From a virus: 29,046 bases of DNA. Within the stretch, counting starts at the first letter, position 1. Every line of letters begins with the position of its first letter. This document shows, in pieces, positions 1-7,478 of this stretch. The DNA lies in the IMG/VR virus record IMGVR_UViG_3300036944_000939. One strand, 5' to 3'. Below the pieces are notes generated by a model. That model did no database searches. It was not told the DNA's origin and saw nothing but the letters and a program-made list of their open reading frames with translations. The translations under genes were made by a program, and so were the position numbers.

Positions 1-47
1 GACTTGTAATCAGTAGGTCCCGGGTTCGACTCCTGGTGCCGGCACCA
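1..47 (+). other. attP core: 3' portion (anticodon loop to CCA) of a tRNA-Thr(UGU)-like sequence
   Basis: Anticodon loop CTTGTAA (UGU), variable loop AGGTC, T arm CCGGG-TTCGACT-CCTGG, acceptor 3' strand TGCCGGC, discriminator A, CCA at 45-47. No matching 5' half lies upstream of the second copy. Confidence 0.75.
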
Positions 48-53
48 CCTTTC

Positions 54-84
54 AAAGCCCCGCAGTGCGGGGCTTTGTCGTTTC
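54..84 (+). terminator. Hairpin after the tRNA fragment (tRNA terminator carried by the phage; also lies just past the int stop)
   Basis: AAAGCCCCGC (54-63) pairs with GCGGGGCTTT (67-76), followed by GTCGTTTC. Confidence 0.5.
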
Positions 85-1166
85 TAGGCCTTGGCCTTTT
101 CGCTTTTCACATCCACCGCATCGTCCACGGAATGTCCACACCGCCCCGCCAGGGGGTTCAGATTGACCACCTCGGCCAGGTGGCCAGGGCTGAAATGGGC
201 GTACTTCATCGTCATGGCCAGCGAGGCGTGGCCCAGCACGCGCTGCAGCGTGAGGATGTCGCCGCCGTTCATCATGTAGTGGCTGGCGAAGGTGTGGCGC
301 AGCACGTGGGTCAGCTGCCCCGCTGGCAGATCGAGGCCCACCGCTTCTACCGCCTCCCCGAATTTCTTGTAGCAGTCACCGAACGGCAGGGCCGCCTTGA
401 TCTGCTTTTGCAGATCCTCAGTGATCGGCACCGCGCGATTCTTCGACGACTTGGTGCGCGTGTAGTGGATCCGGCAGTTTTTCACCTGGCGGTCGGCCAG
501 GCCTTCGGCCTCTGACCAACGCGCACCGGTAGACAGGCAGATCCGCGCGACTACCCCAGCCTTGGCTGATCTGCTGTCCAGATCGGCCAGCAGCGGCTGG
601 ATCTGTTCGGCGGTCAGGTAGGCCATCTCGGTTTCGTCAAACTTCAAGGCCCGCACCTTGCCCAGCGGGTTTTCCCCCTTCCACTCGCCCAGCCGCTCCA
701 GCTCATTGAACACCGCACGCAGGTAGGCCAGTTCGTGGTTCAGGGTGTTGGCGCTGACCGGCTTGGGATCCTCGCCTTTCTTCCTGCCGCTGCCGATGGT
801 TTCCCTGGCGAACTTGCCCGCCAGGCGGTCGGCCCTGTACTGGGTAAAGTGGGTGGTGGTGAAGTCGGCGGCGCGTGGGTCGCCCATCCGATCGGCCATT
901 GCGACCAGCGCCCGCTGGCGTTCCTCGCCTCGCTTGAGGCTGCAGCCGTGCGACTTGTACCAGAGGTCGACCAGTTCAGTCAGGCGGCGTTCGTCGCGCT
1001 TGGGGCGTTTCTCGAACTCCCCCTTGGCACCGTCGCCCATGATCCGATTCTGATAAACCATCGCCTCGTTTTTGGTGCGGAACTTCTTCCGGATCCGTGG
1101 GCCGTTGCGCCCTTCCGGACGGCAGTCCACTTCATACCGACCATCGTCCAGTTTCTTGATCGACAC
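84..1166 (-). CDS. int: Tyrosine recombinase / phage integrase
   Basis: 360 aa. Catalytic-type motifs are visible: ARWSEA, HVLRHTFASH, LGHASLAMTMKYAH. GTG start lies 4 nt after the upstream HTH gene, and the gene abuts attP. Confidence 0.95.
   Translation of the reverse strand: MSIKKLDDGRYEVDCRPEGRNGPRIRKKFRTKNEAMVYQNRIMGDGAKGEFEKRPKRDERRLTELVDLWYKSHGCSLKRGEERQRALVAMADRMGDPRAADFTTTHFTQYRADRLAGKFARETIGSGRKKGEDPKPVSANTLNHELAYLRAVFNELERLGEWKGENPLGKVRALKFDETEMAYLTAEQIQPLLADLDSRSAKAGVVARICLSTGARWSEAEGLADRQVKNCRIHYTRTKSSKNRAVPITEDLQKQIKAALPFGDCYKKFGEAVEAVGLDLPAGQLTHVLRHTFASHYMMNGGDILTLQRVLGHASLAMTMKYAHFSPGHLAEVVNLNPLAGRCGHSVDDAVDVKSEKAKA
112..140 (+). promoter_or_regulatory. Three phased TCCAC(A) repeats, candidate Int arm-type sites on the int-proximal arm
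   Basis: ATCCAC 111-116, CGTCCAC 122-128 and TGTCCACA 133-140, spaced 12 and 11 bp. They lie inside the int 3' coding end. Confidence 0.5.
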
Positions 1167-1170
1167 GGCG

Positions 1171-1410
1171 CTACACCGGGCTGATCTGGCCGGCGGCCGG
1201 TGCGGTCTGGTCGGCCATCAGCCACAGGGTGTACTTGGTGAAAGTCGGGTGACTGGCGACCTTGGCCAGAGCAAGTCCACTGATATCAACCCGGCGGGCC
1301 AGCTCGTAGTTTTTCAGCGTGTCGAGGCTGAGCCCCACCAGCTCGGCCATCTGCGGCTGAGTCAGCTTTTCCCGGTTGCGCATCAGGCGCAGTTTCTCGC
1401 CCAGGTTCAT
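1171..1410 (-). CDS. XRE/CI-type HTH regulator, paralog B
   Basis: 79 aa from ATG 1410, with an ATGA overlap on the upstream stop. HTH is LTQPQMAELVGLSLDTLKNYE. C-terminal KYTLWL...APAAGQISPV is shared with paralog A. Confidence 0.8.
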   Translation of the reverse strand: MNLGEKLRLMRNREKLTQPQMAELVGLSLDTLKNYELARRVDISGLALAKVASHPTFTKYTLWLMADQTAPAAGQISPV

Positions 1411-1655
1411 TGGCCAATCACCGGGCTGATCTGGCCGCACTCCGGGGCCACTTCGTCGGTGACCAGCCACAGCGCGTACTTCTTGAAGCGCGGGTGCATG
1501 GTGACTTTCAGCAGTTCAATGGAGCTGACCGACTTGCTGCGCGCGTACTCGTAGGCCTTCCACGTTTCCATTTTTACGCCGGTGATTTCGCAAATTTCTG
1601 CCTGCGTCAGGCGCTCTGTCAGGCGCACTTCCTTGAGCTTTTGTCCGAGTTCCAT
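1407..1655 (-). CDS. XRE/CI-type HTH regulator, paralog A (likely immunity repressor)
   Basis: 82 aa from ATG 1655, preceded by AAGGGGG. HTH is LTQAEICEITGVKMETWKAYE. It is the first gene of the leftward repressor-repressor-int operon. Confidence 0.8.
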   Translation of the reverse strand: MELGQKLKEVRLTERLTQAEICEITGVKMETWKAYEYARSKSVSSIELLKVTMHPRFKKYALWLVTDEVAPECGQISPVIGQ

Positions 1656-1664
1656 CTTGCCCCC

Positions 1665-1693
1665 TTGACTTTGTGTATGTTCATACATAGCCT
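1665..1693 (+). promoter_or_regulatory. Candidate rightward early promoter
   Basis: TTGACT (1665-1670), 17-nt spacer, TAGCCT (1688-1693). Operator O1 sits in the spacer and O2 over the predicted start. Confidence 0.4.
1674..1687. promoter_or_regulatory. Operator-like palindrome O1
   Basis: TGTATG tt CATACA, 6-bp arms with a 2-bp centre, preceded by the 9-mer TGTGTATGT. Confidence 0.6.
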
Positions 1694-1710
1694 GTGTATG
1701 TCGATACACA
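1693..1710. promoter_or_regulatory. Operator-like palindrome O2
   Basis: TGTGTAT gtcg ATACACA, 7-bp arms with a 4-bp centre. It starts with the same 9-mer TGTGTATGT. An extra half-site ATACACA lies at 1723-1729. Confidence 0.6.
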
Positions 1711-1742
1711 TTAACGGCATATATACACACGGAGCTTAGCAA

Positions 1743-1979
1743 ATGCAGATCACGATAGACACGCCCTACACCACAGTGCGCGAGCTTTCCCGCCGCTCCG
1801 GGCAATCAGAACGCACCATCCGGAACGAGATCGAGAAAGGCCGGATCCTGATTCGTGAAAAGACCGAAGGCAGCAAGGAAGCCGTGCTGGTGAACATGAT
1901 TCACCTGGCGATTGAGGCAGCAGAGCAGGCCGAGCGCGTCCGCGCCGAGCAGGGCAGCCGCAAGTCCGGCACGCGCTAA
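1743..1979 (+). CDS. Excisionase/AlpA/Cox-like HTH protein, first gene of the early rightward operon
   Basis: 78 aa, with GGAG 9 nt upstream. TVRELSRRSGQSERTIRNEIEKG resembles MerR/excisionase-type HTH. The gene is divergent from the repressor operon. Confidence 0.65.
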   Translation: MQITIDTPYTTVRELSRRSGQSERTIRNEIEKGRILIREKTEGSKEAVLVNMIHLAIEAAEQAERVRAEQGSRKSGTR

Positions 1980-1991
1980 GGGGGCCGGCAC

Positions 1992-4640
1992 ATGCAATTC
2001 GAGGATATCTATCGTCTGGAAGTGGTCGCCGCGCTCGAGCACGACCACCAGCTGGACTTCAAGGACATTGGCGACAAGTACCTGCAAAAAGGGGTTTGCC
2101 CTGGCTGTGGTGAACGCACGCTGTACATCGCCCGCAAGCAGCCTTACCAGCTCAAGTGCAACCGGCTGAACGAATGCCAGTTCGAGGAAAAAACCCGCGA
2201 GCGTTACAGCTACCTGTTCGAGAACCTGAGCGAGCGTTTCCCGCGTACCGAGCTGAACCCCAACGCCACCGCCGACGCCTACCTGCAGCGCAACCGTGGC
2301 TTTGATATCAGCAAGCTGGCTGGCTGGTATGAGCAGGCCAAGCGCAGGGTAAAGCCCGGCGACTACATGGCCGACACCGTGCGCTTTCCGCTGTGCGACG
2401 GGTACTGGGAACGCATCATTGACGCCAAGGCCGTGGCCGATAACGGCGGCGACAAAGCCGGCATCAAGTTCGGCATGAGCTACAAGGGCAACGGCTGGAC
2501 GCCGCCTGGCCAGACCATCGAAAAGAGCGACCGGGTGTACATCGTGGAAGGCATCTTCCACGCCATTGCCCTGCACCTGGCCGGCTACAAGGTGATTGCC
2601 AGCATCAGCTGCAACAACTTCCCGTGGGCGCTGATCGAGGCCAACAAGGGCAAGCTGGTCACCTGGGTGATTGCCCTGGACGACGACAAGGCCGGTCGGT
2701 CGGTGATCCCCAAATACCTGACCATGATCCGCAGCATGAAGGAAATCGGCTGGGTGGCCCTGGCCGGTGAACGCGACTGGGACGACGTGTACCGCGACGG
2801 CCAGCTGAACGACGAATTCATGGAAGAGGCCTGCTATCAGGGCCGCCTGTTCAGCGCCACCAGCGCGATGAAAAAGGCCTACCTGCTGTACACCAAAAAG
2901 CCCCGTGGCTTCTTTCTGGTGGAGTTCGGCAGCCGCTTGTTTTCCGCCCGCGTCAACCTGACCGAGCTGCAGAAGGATCTGGACGGCGACGACGTGGAAG
3001 GCCACCAGCCAGAGTTTGCCAAGCACACCACCATCACCCAGGTGGCCAACTGTGTGCCGAAGTTTGAGTACATCGAGAAGGACGCCACCACCAGCGAGCA
3101 GCGCTACTTCTTCCAGTTCAACTTCCCCAACGCCCGGCAGACCTGCAAGGAACCCCTGACACCCAGTGCAATTACCGACCCCCGCGGCTTCGCCAAGGCG
3201 ATGTTCGAGCGCACCCCCGGCGGCATGTTTGAAGGCGGCGAGCGCGTGCTGACCATGCTGAAAAGTGAATGGTTCAAGGACGTGCGCACCGTCCGCACGC
3301 TGCCCTTTGTCGGCTATGACGACGTGAGCGGGGCCTACTGCTACCCCGGGTTCGGTTTCCACAAGGGCAACGAAGTGTTGGTGAACGACCACGGCTTTCT
3401 GGACGTGGGGGCCGACGGCTTGAAGACCTCGACCCGCAGCTACCCGGTGGTGCGCGGCAAGGACTTCGACCCCAGCTGGTTTGCCGACTTCCTGGCGGTG
3501 TTCTCGCTGAACGGCCTGGCCATGCTGGCCTGGTGGACGGGCACCCTGTTTGCCGAGCAGATCCGCGCCAAGCATGCCAGCTGGCCTTTCATGGAGCTGA
3601 CCGGCGTGGCCGGATCCGGCAAGTCCACCCTGCTGCGTTTCCTGTGGCGCTTGGTCGGCCGCAAAGACGAGGAAGGCATTAAGCCCAGCGGCAGCGGTGC
3701 GAGCGCCATCGGCCTGCTGCGTGCGCTGGCCGGCGTCAGCAACCTGCCAGTGGTGCTGCTGGAGTCCGACAAGGAAACCATCGACGCCCACGGGCGGATC
3801 CTGACCGTGCAGTACAACTGGGACGAAATCAAACCCCTGTTCGACTACAAGGCCAAGCTGCGGGTTATGGGCGTCAAGAGCGCCAACAGCGACACCGAAT
3901 CGCTGATTTTCCGGGGTGCGGTGTGCATTTCGCAGAACACCAGCGTGGACGGATCCGAGGCCATCCTGACCCGCATCACCTACCTGCACATGACCCTGGA
4001 ACACCACAGCGCGGATCTGAAACCCCTGGCCGACCGCCTGAAAGCCATGGAAGTGGAAGACCTGGCCGGCTACCTGCGCGCGGTGCTGAACCGTGAAAAG
4101 GAGTGGCTGCAGCACTACTTCGAGGCCTTCCGGACGTATGAGCAACGCTTTCAGGCGCTGGGTGGCGTTACCCACAGCCGCATTGTGTTGTGCCACGCCC
4201 AGGTGATGGCCGCCGCCAAGGCCACCCAGGCGCTGTTCCCTGGCTGGACTGACCGCAAGCTGGAAGAACTGGCCAGGCACATGGAAAGCCGCGCCCTGGA
4301 GCGTCAGCAGCGCTGCAGCGCCGAGCATCCGACCGCCGCCCAGTTCTGGCAGATCTACCACTACCTGAACGAACAGGTGGTGACGATCACCGACGCCGAC
4401 GGCACCCGCGAAGAGATCCGCGAAACGCTGAACCACAGCACCGATCGAGACGTGATTGCCATCAACCTCAACCACTTCCAGCAGGTGTGCAAGCAGGCCG
4501 GGCAGGAAGTGATCCCCAACGTGCTGCTGCAGCGCGCCCTGCGCCAGAGCCGCACACACCCCTTTATCGAAAGTAGGAAGGCCCACTCGAAGATCGAGCG
4601 CCGGAGCATCAACTGCTGGCTGTTTAAGAGGAAAGCCTGA
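1992..4640 (+). CDS. Replication protein: zinc-finger/TOPRIM primase fused to a P-loop NTPase (helicase-like) domain
   Basis: 882 aa. Cys motif CPGCGERT...KCNRLNEC; TOPRIM-like YIVEGIFHAIAL and IALDDDKAGR; Walker A GVAGSGKST; Walker B-like VVLLESD. AAGGGGG SD upstream. Confidence 0.9.
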   Translation: MQFEDIYRLEVVAALEHDHQLDFKDIGDKYLQKGVCPGCGERTLYIARKQPYQLKCNRLNECQFEEKTRERYSYLFENLSERFPRTELNPNATADAYLQRNRGFDISKLAGWYEQAKRRVKPGDYMADTVRFPLCDGYWERIIDAKAVADNGGDKAGIKFGMSYKGNGWTPPGQTIEKSDRVYIVEGIFHAIALHLAGYKVIASISCNNFPWALIEANKGKLVTWVIALDDDKAGRSVIPKYLTMIRSMKEIGWVALAGERDWDDVYRDGQLNDEFMEEACYQGRLFSATSAMKKAYLLYTKKPRGFFLVEFGSRLFSARVNLTELQKDLDGDDVEGHQPEFAKHTTITQVANCVPKFEYIEKDATTSEQRYFFQFNFPNARQTCKEPLTPSAITDPRGFAKAMFERTPGGMFEGGERVLTMLKSEWFKDVRTVRTLPFVGYDDVSGAYCYPGFGFHKGNEVLVNDHGFLDVGADGLKTSTRSYPVVRGKDFDPSWFADFLAVFSLNGLAMLAWWTGTLFAEQIRAKHASWPFMELTGVAGSGKSTLLRFLWRLVGRKDEEGIKPSGSGASAIGLLRALAGVSNLPVVLLESDKETIDAHGRILTVQYNWDEIKPLFDYKAKLRVMGVKSANSDTESLIFRGAVCISQNTSVDGSEAILTRITYLHMTLEHHSADLKPLADRLKAMEVEDLAGYLRAVLNREKEWLQHYFEAFRTYEQRFQALGGVTHSRIVLCHAQVMAAAKATQALFPGWTDRKLEELARHMESRALERQQRCSAEHPTAAQFWQIYHYLNEQVVTITDADGTREEIRETLNHSTDRDVIAINLNHFQQVCKQAGQEVIPNVLLQRALRQSRTHPFIESRKAHSKIERRSINCWLFKRKA

Positions 4641-4719
4641 GCAGTGGAATTCGTGGGGGTTCACCGGGGCCTGGGTGGGTTTCAAGCGGTAAGGCTCTGT
4701 TTCTGTGTAATCCCTTCAT

Positions 4720-5020
4720 CTATCTGGAATATCTGGAAGGTTTATAGGTAACCCAATGAATACAAGCACTTACAGCTGTTTAGCAACTCTTATGCCACTG
4801 GAAGGCGCTGGAAGGTTTTTCCTTCCACCACCTTCCACCGACCTTCCACTTTTTGCTTTTTCGGCTGAATCCGCTGAAAGCCGCGCAGCACTAGGCGTCC
4901 AGAGCTTCCGCGCTGCGGCGACCTTCCACCACCTTCCACCCCAGGTGGAAGGCCGTGAAAAAAACCTGAGCCAGCAACCACGCGGGCTCCAGCGCATCAC
5001 GACTACCGACCTTCCACTTA
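4720..5020. repeat. Iteron-type origin of replication
   Basis: CCTTCCAC at 4821, 4831, 4842, 4922, 4932 and 5010. Inverted GTGGAAGG at 4945. Degenerate inverted CTGGAAGG at 4733, 4798 and 4808. Spacing is 10-11 bp, with an AT-rich stretch at 4700-4800. Confidence 0.7.
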
Positions 5021-5072
5021 TTCCATACATGCAGGGGGACTTCCCGCCGCATTCCTTTTTTTGAGCAGCGCC

Positions 5073-5249
5073 ATGGCCGACATTTGCCCGTTTGAGTGCT
5101 ACCAGCGCGACACGCTTGCCCGCGAATTACTGAGCAGCTGGAGCCGGCAACAGATCGTGGAATGGCTGCAGGAACTGAATAACCCGGACTACCGCGAAGA
5201 CATGCGCGCCCGGCTGAACCGACTGAAACAGGAGAACCGCAAACGATGA
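5073..5249 (+). CDS. Hypothetical small early protein
   Basis: 58 aa from ATG 5073 (the track start 5061 is TTG). Stop overlaps the next start as ATGA. GC3-rich codon usage matches the neighbours. Confidence 0.55.
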   Translation: MADICPFECYQRDTLARELLSSWSRQQIVEWLQELNNPDYREDMRARLNRLKQENRKR

Positions 5250-5602
5250 ACGCAATCACCCAAGCCCCACAGCGGTGCCCGCTGGATGCCGAGGCAGCCC
5301 TGGACTTTCCCCGCTGGTGGCAGCGCGCTGCCCAACTGGTGGAGCTGCCGCTGGGCCAGCGCGGCCTGGACGTGGCCGGCACCGGCCTGGCGCAGTTACT
5401 CAAGCGCCTGCAGGCCCTGGACACCCCACGCCGCGCGCTGCTGCTAACCATGGCCTGCATGGCCAACCCACAGCGCGCCGACTGGCTGCAGGCCGAAGTC
5501 GGCATGCACGTCGGCCAACTGACCGCCGCCGACCTGGGCCCCGAGGTGTTCCAGACGCTGGTCGGCCTGCTGGCCACTTTCAAACCCACCCCGAGCAACT
5601 GA
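5246..5602 (+). CDS. Hypothetical early protein
   Basis: 118 aa, translationally coupled to the upstream gene. No recognisable motif. Confidence 0.6.
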   Translation: MNAITQAPQRCPLDAEAALDFPRWWQRAAQLVELPLGQRGLDVAGTGLAQLLKRLQALDTPRRALLLTMACMANPQRADWLQAEVGMHVGQLTAADLGPEVFQTLVGLLATFKPTPSN

Positions 5603-5617
5603 AAAGGAGCCTCACCC

Positions 5618-5974
5618 ATGAATGAATTCAACCTGCGTGACCAGCTCGCCAAGCAGCAGGCCTATAAGGCGCAACGCCAGGCCCTGATCACCGTCGGCCT
5701 GCAGGCGCTGAACCGCCTGATCACCGTGGCGGTGCGCCCCACCGGCCAGGGCCGTGTGATCGGTCGCTTCCTGCTGGGCCTGTACAACGGGCCGGAATAC
5801 CCCTTTGACCTAACCGAGCTGCGCGGCCTTGACCTGGCCCTGTTCGAGGACTGCCTGCGGGTGCTGATGATGGATTACAGCCCCGAGGTGGAGATTCACG
5901 AACGGGTGCCGAACGGCTTCGCCATCTGGGCCGAGCTGGTGGCCATGTGGGCACCGAAGGGGGCGCGGGCGTGA
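5618..5974 (+). CDS. Hypothetical early protein
   Basis: 118 aa with AAGGAG SD upstream. No recognisable catalytic motif. Confidence 0.7.
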   Translation: MNEFNLRDQLAKQQAYKAQRQALITVGLQALNRLITVAVRPTGQGRVIGRFLLGLYNGPEYPFDLTELRGLDLALFEDCLRVLMMDYSPEVEIHERVPNGFAIWAELVAMWAPKGARA

Positions 5975-6222
5975 TCGTCTACTTCTGCGCGAACGGCATC
6001 AGCTCCGAGATGGGGCTGCCGTCTGTCTATCTGGAGAACGCCCGGGCCGAGGATCTGGCCGAGCTGGCCGCCGGCATGTTCTGGCGCGAGCGCAAGGGCG
6101 AAGCCCCGGCGCTGGTGACGCTGATCCACCTGCAGGACGTGGACGGGAAAGACCTGGGGATTTTCGAGGTTCGGCGCGATATGCGCCCGATATTCACCGC
6201 CACGGCACTGCCGGCGGCGTGA
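5971..6222 (+). CDS. Hypothetical early protein
   Basis: 83 aa from GTG 5971, with a GTGA overlap on the upstream stop. The track start 5947 lies inside the upstream gene. Confidence 0.5.
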   Translation: MIVYFCANGISSEMGLPSVYLENARAEDLAELAAGMFWRERKGEAPALVTLIHLQDVDGKDLGIFEVRRDMRPIFTATALPAA

Positions 6223-6282
6223 AGGAACGGCGTCGAGGAACGGCAATTCCCCGACGCCAACCACCACTTAGGAGATACGTGA

Positions 6283-6525
6283 ATGCAAGCACAAACCCTT
6301 AGCAGCAGCGCGGTGAAGGCTACCACAACCGCCTTTATCGGCCGTGCCCTGATTGGCTACCAGTTGCAGCGCAGCCCCGCCGCGCGGATCCGTCTGGAGA
6401 CTGCCGCCGACCTAGCCCGCCACCTGGGCCAGTTGAGCGACGGCGACGCCGCAGTGATAGCCGAGCAGCTGGCAAAGCCTTGCCGCGACCAATCCACCCC
6501 CGTCAATGAGGTTTCCCATGGCTAA
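6283..6525 (+). CDS. Hypothetical early protein
   Basis: 80 aa with AGGAG SD upstream. Confidence 0.6.
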   Translation: MQAQTLSSSAVKATTTAFIGRALIGYQLQRSPAARIRLETAADLARHLGQLSDGDAAVIAEQLAKPCRDQSTPVNEVSHG

Positions 6526-6748
6526 CCGCTTTCTCCGTGGTTGCGGCGAGGATCTGAAACGCCTGGTCAGCTTCGCCCAGTCCGCTGGCTGGGCCGTGCA
6601 GCAGACCCGGAACCTGCACGTGAAATTCACCAAGCCCGGCCGCCAGCCGGTGTTCACCAGTGGCACACCCAGCGACCGCCGCGCCTGGCTCAACGCCAAG
6701 TCGCAACTGAGCCAGGCCGACAAGCTGGCAGGGGGTGCAGCGTGCTGA
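6518..6748 (+). CDS. Small protein with weak HicA-like pattern
   Basis: 76 aa from ATG 6518, GAGG 7 nt upstream. The pattern GW.V....NLHVKF.KPG....F..GTPSD.RA..N resembles HicA-type small RNA-binding toxins by eye only. Confidence 0.5.
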   Translation: MANRFLRGCGEDLKRLVSFAQSAGWAVQQTRNLHVKFTKPGRQPVFTSGTPSDRRAWLNAKSQLSQADKLAGGAAC

Positions 6749-7002
6749 TGCTGAACGGCAACGACGTGAGGGTGTGCGAGGCGCGGCTGCGCCAGGCGCG
6801 TGCCCAGCTGGCGGTGCCGGCGACCTTCGATATGGTGGAGGCCACCCAGGTGGTGGAGCTGTACACCAGCTTCGGGGTGGTGCAGCTGCCGCTGCCTGCC
6901 GGGGAATTCATCGTAGCAATGGAGGATCCGGCCGGGGTGCGCCGCTTTGGGGTGGTGCGTTTCGAGGGGATTCCAGACGACGAAGGCTGGCACGTCGACT
7001 AG
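6748..7002 (+). CDS. Hypothetical protein, last gene of the early operon
   Basis: 84 aa. ATG 6748 overlaps the upstream TGA by 1 nt (GTG 6742 is an alternative start). A terminator follows. Confidence 0.55.
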   Translation: MLNGNDVRVCEARLRQARAQLAVPATFDMVEATQVVELYTSFGVVQLPLPAGEFIVAMEDPAGVRRFGVVRFEGIPDDEGWHVD

Positions 7003-7020
7003 GTTTAGCGGCTAAATTTC

Positions 7021-7046
7021 GGGGCGCAGATGCGCCCCTTTTTTAT
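7021..7046 (+). terminator. Rho-independent terminator of the early operon
   Basis: GGGGCGCA / TGCGCCCC stem followed by TTTTTTATT. Confidence 0.8.
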
Positions 7047-7067
7047 TGCCGCAATTCAGATACCAAA

Positions 7068-7079
7068 CCCAATATTGGG
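7068..7079. repeat. Perfect 12-bp palindrome CCCAATATTGGG
   Basis: Read directly from the sequence, within the AT-rich island. Confidence 0.9.
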
Positions 7080-7188
7080 ATTTAATAAGCACGGTATTAA
7101 AACACTATACCGAATATATTCCTGATCACTTAACCAGGCTTCACACCCCCGCAGCCCTTGCAAACCCTGAATTGTCCTTTTGTTCCTT

Positions 7189-7230
7189 TGTACTTATGTA
7201 CTTAATAGAATAACTACGTACTTAGTTATT
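7189..7230. repeat. Tandem TGTACTTA x2, a third CGTACTTA, and an 8-bp-arm inverted repeat
   Basis: TGTACTTA at 7189-7196 and 7197-7204. AATAACTA (7209-7216) cgtact TAGTTATT (7223-7230). Confidence 0.85.
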
Positions 7231-7409
7231 TTACCGTTCGTCATTTCGCTATTTCGTTAATTAGCGATTCAGCTAAATTGACAACCCAACTTAGGAATTC
7301 AGGAAAGTCCTAGAAGCCCCACCAAGCAAGGGCTGAAACCCTAAGCCAGGAATTGAAAACCTTTTATTCCCTCACATCCGGAACGAAACGCGAAAGATAA
7401 AAAAAGTGC

Positions 7410-7439
7410 TTGACCGCACAAAATTTTCATAAGTAAAGT
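7410..7439 (+). promoter_or_regulatory. Candidate sigma70-type promoter facing the 3' end of ogr
   Basis: TTGACC (7410-7415), 18-nt spacer, TAAAGT (7434-7439). An A-tract GATAAAAAAAG lies upstream. Confidence 0.4.
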
Positions 7440-7478
7440 TCGCCCCGGTTAAATCTGGCCTGCATGGAGTACGCGGCA

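Larger units (their letters stand above)
1..127 (+). repeat. Left copy of exact 127-bp terminal direct repeat
   Basis: Bases 1-127 are identical to 28920-29046 by direct comparison. The repeat covers the tRNA fragment, a hairpin and the 3' end of int. Confidence 0.95.

Noticed and set aside
36-515. 159-aa plus-strand ORF over the int 3' region, plus similar antisense ORFs at 735-1184 and 1072-1554
   Set aside because: They overlap the integrase and HTH genes on the opposite strand, and those genes have clear family motifs. These are GC-rich antisense artefacts.
1806-4685. 959-aa ORF on the minus strand
   Set aside because: It is antisense to the well-supported primase-helicase gene. The product is a low-complexity Ala/Gly/Val/Leu/Gln/His string, typical of stop-poor antisense frames in GC-rich DNA.
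4720-5020. Possible CRISPR array, given the many short repeats
   Set aside because: The repeats are only 8-9 bp, occur in both orientations and have 2-3 bp or irregular spacing. No spacer-sized unique units or cas genes are present.
4756-5064. ORFs across the non-coding gap (4756-5064 plus strand; 4770-5030, 4790-4981 and 4891-5652 minus strand)
   Set aside because: Their sequences are translations of the iteron repeats (PSTDLPLF-type). They have no SD and no coupling. The region is better explained as the origin.
6748-7002. HicB antitoxin identity for the gene after the HicA-like ORF
   Set aside because: There is no HicB-like N-terminal pattern and no DNA-binding domain. Only the gene order is suggestive, so it is kept as hypothetical.
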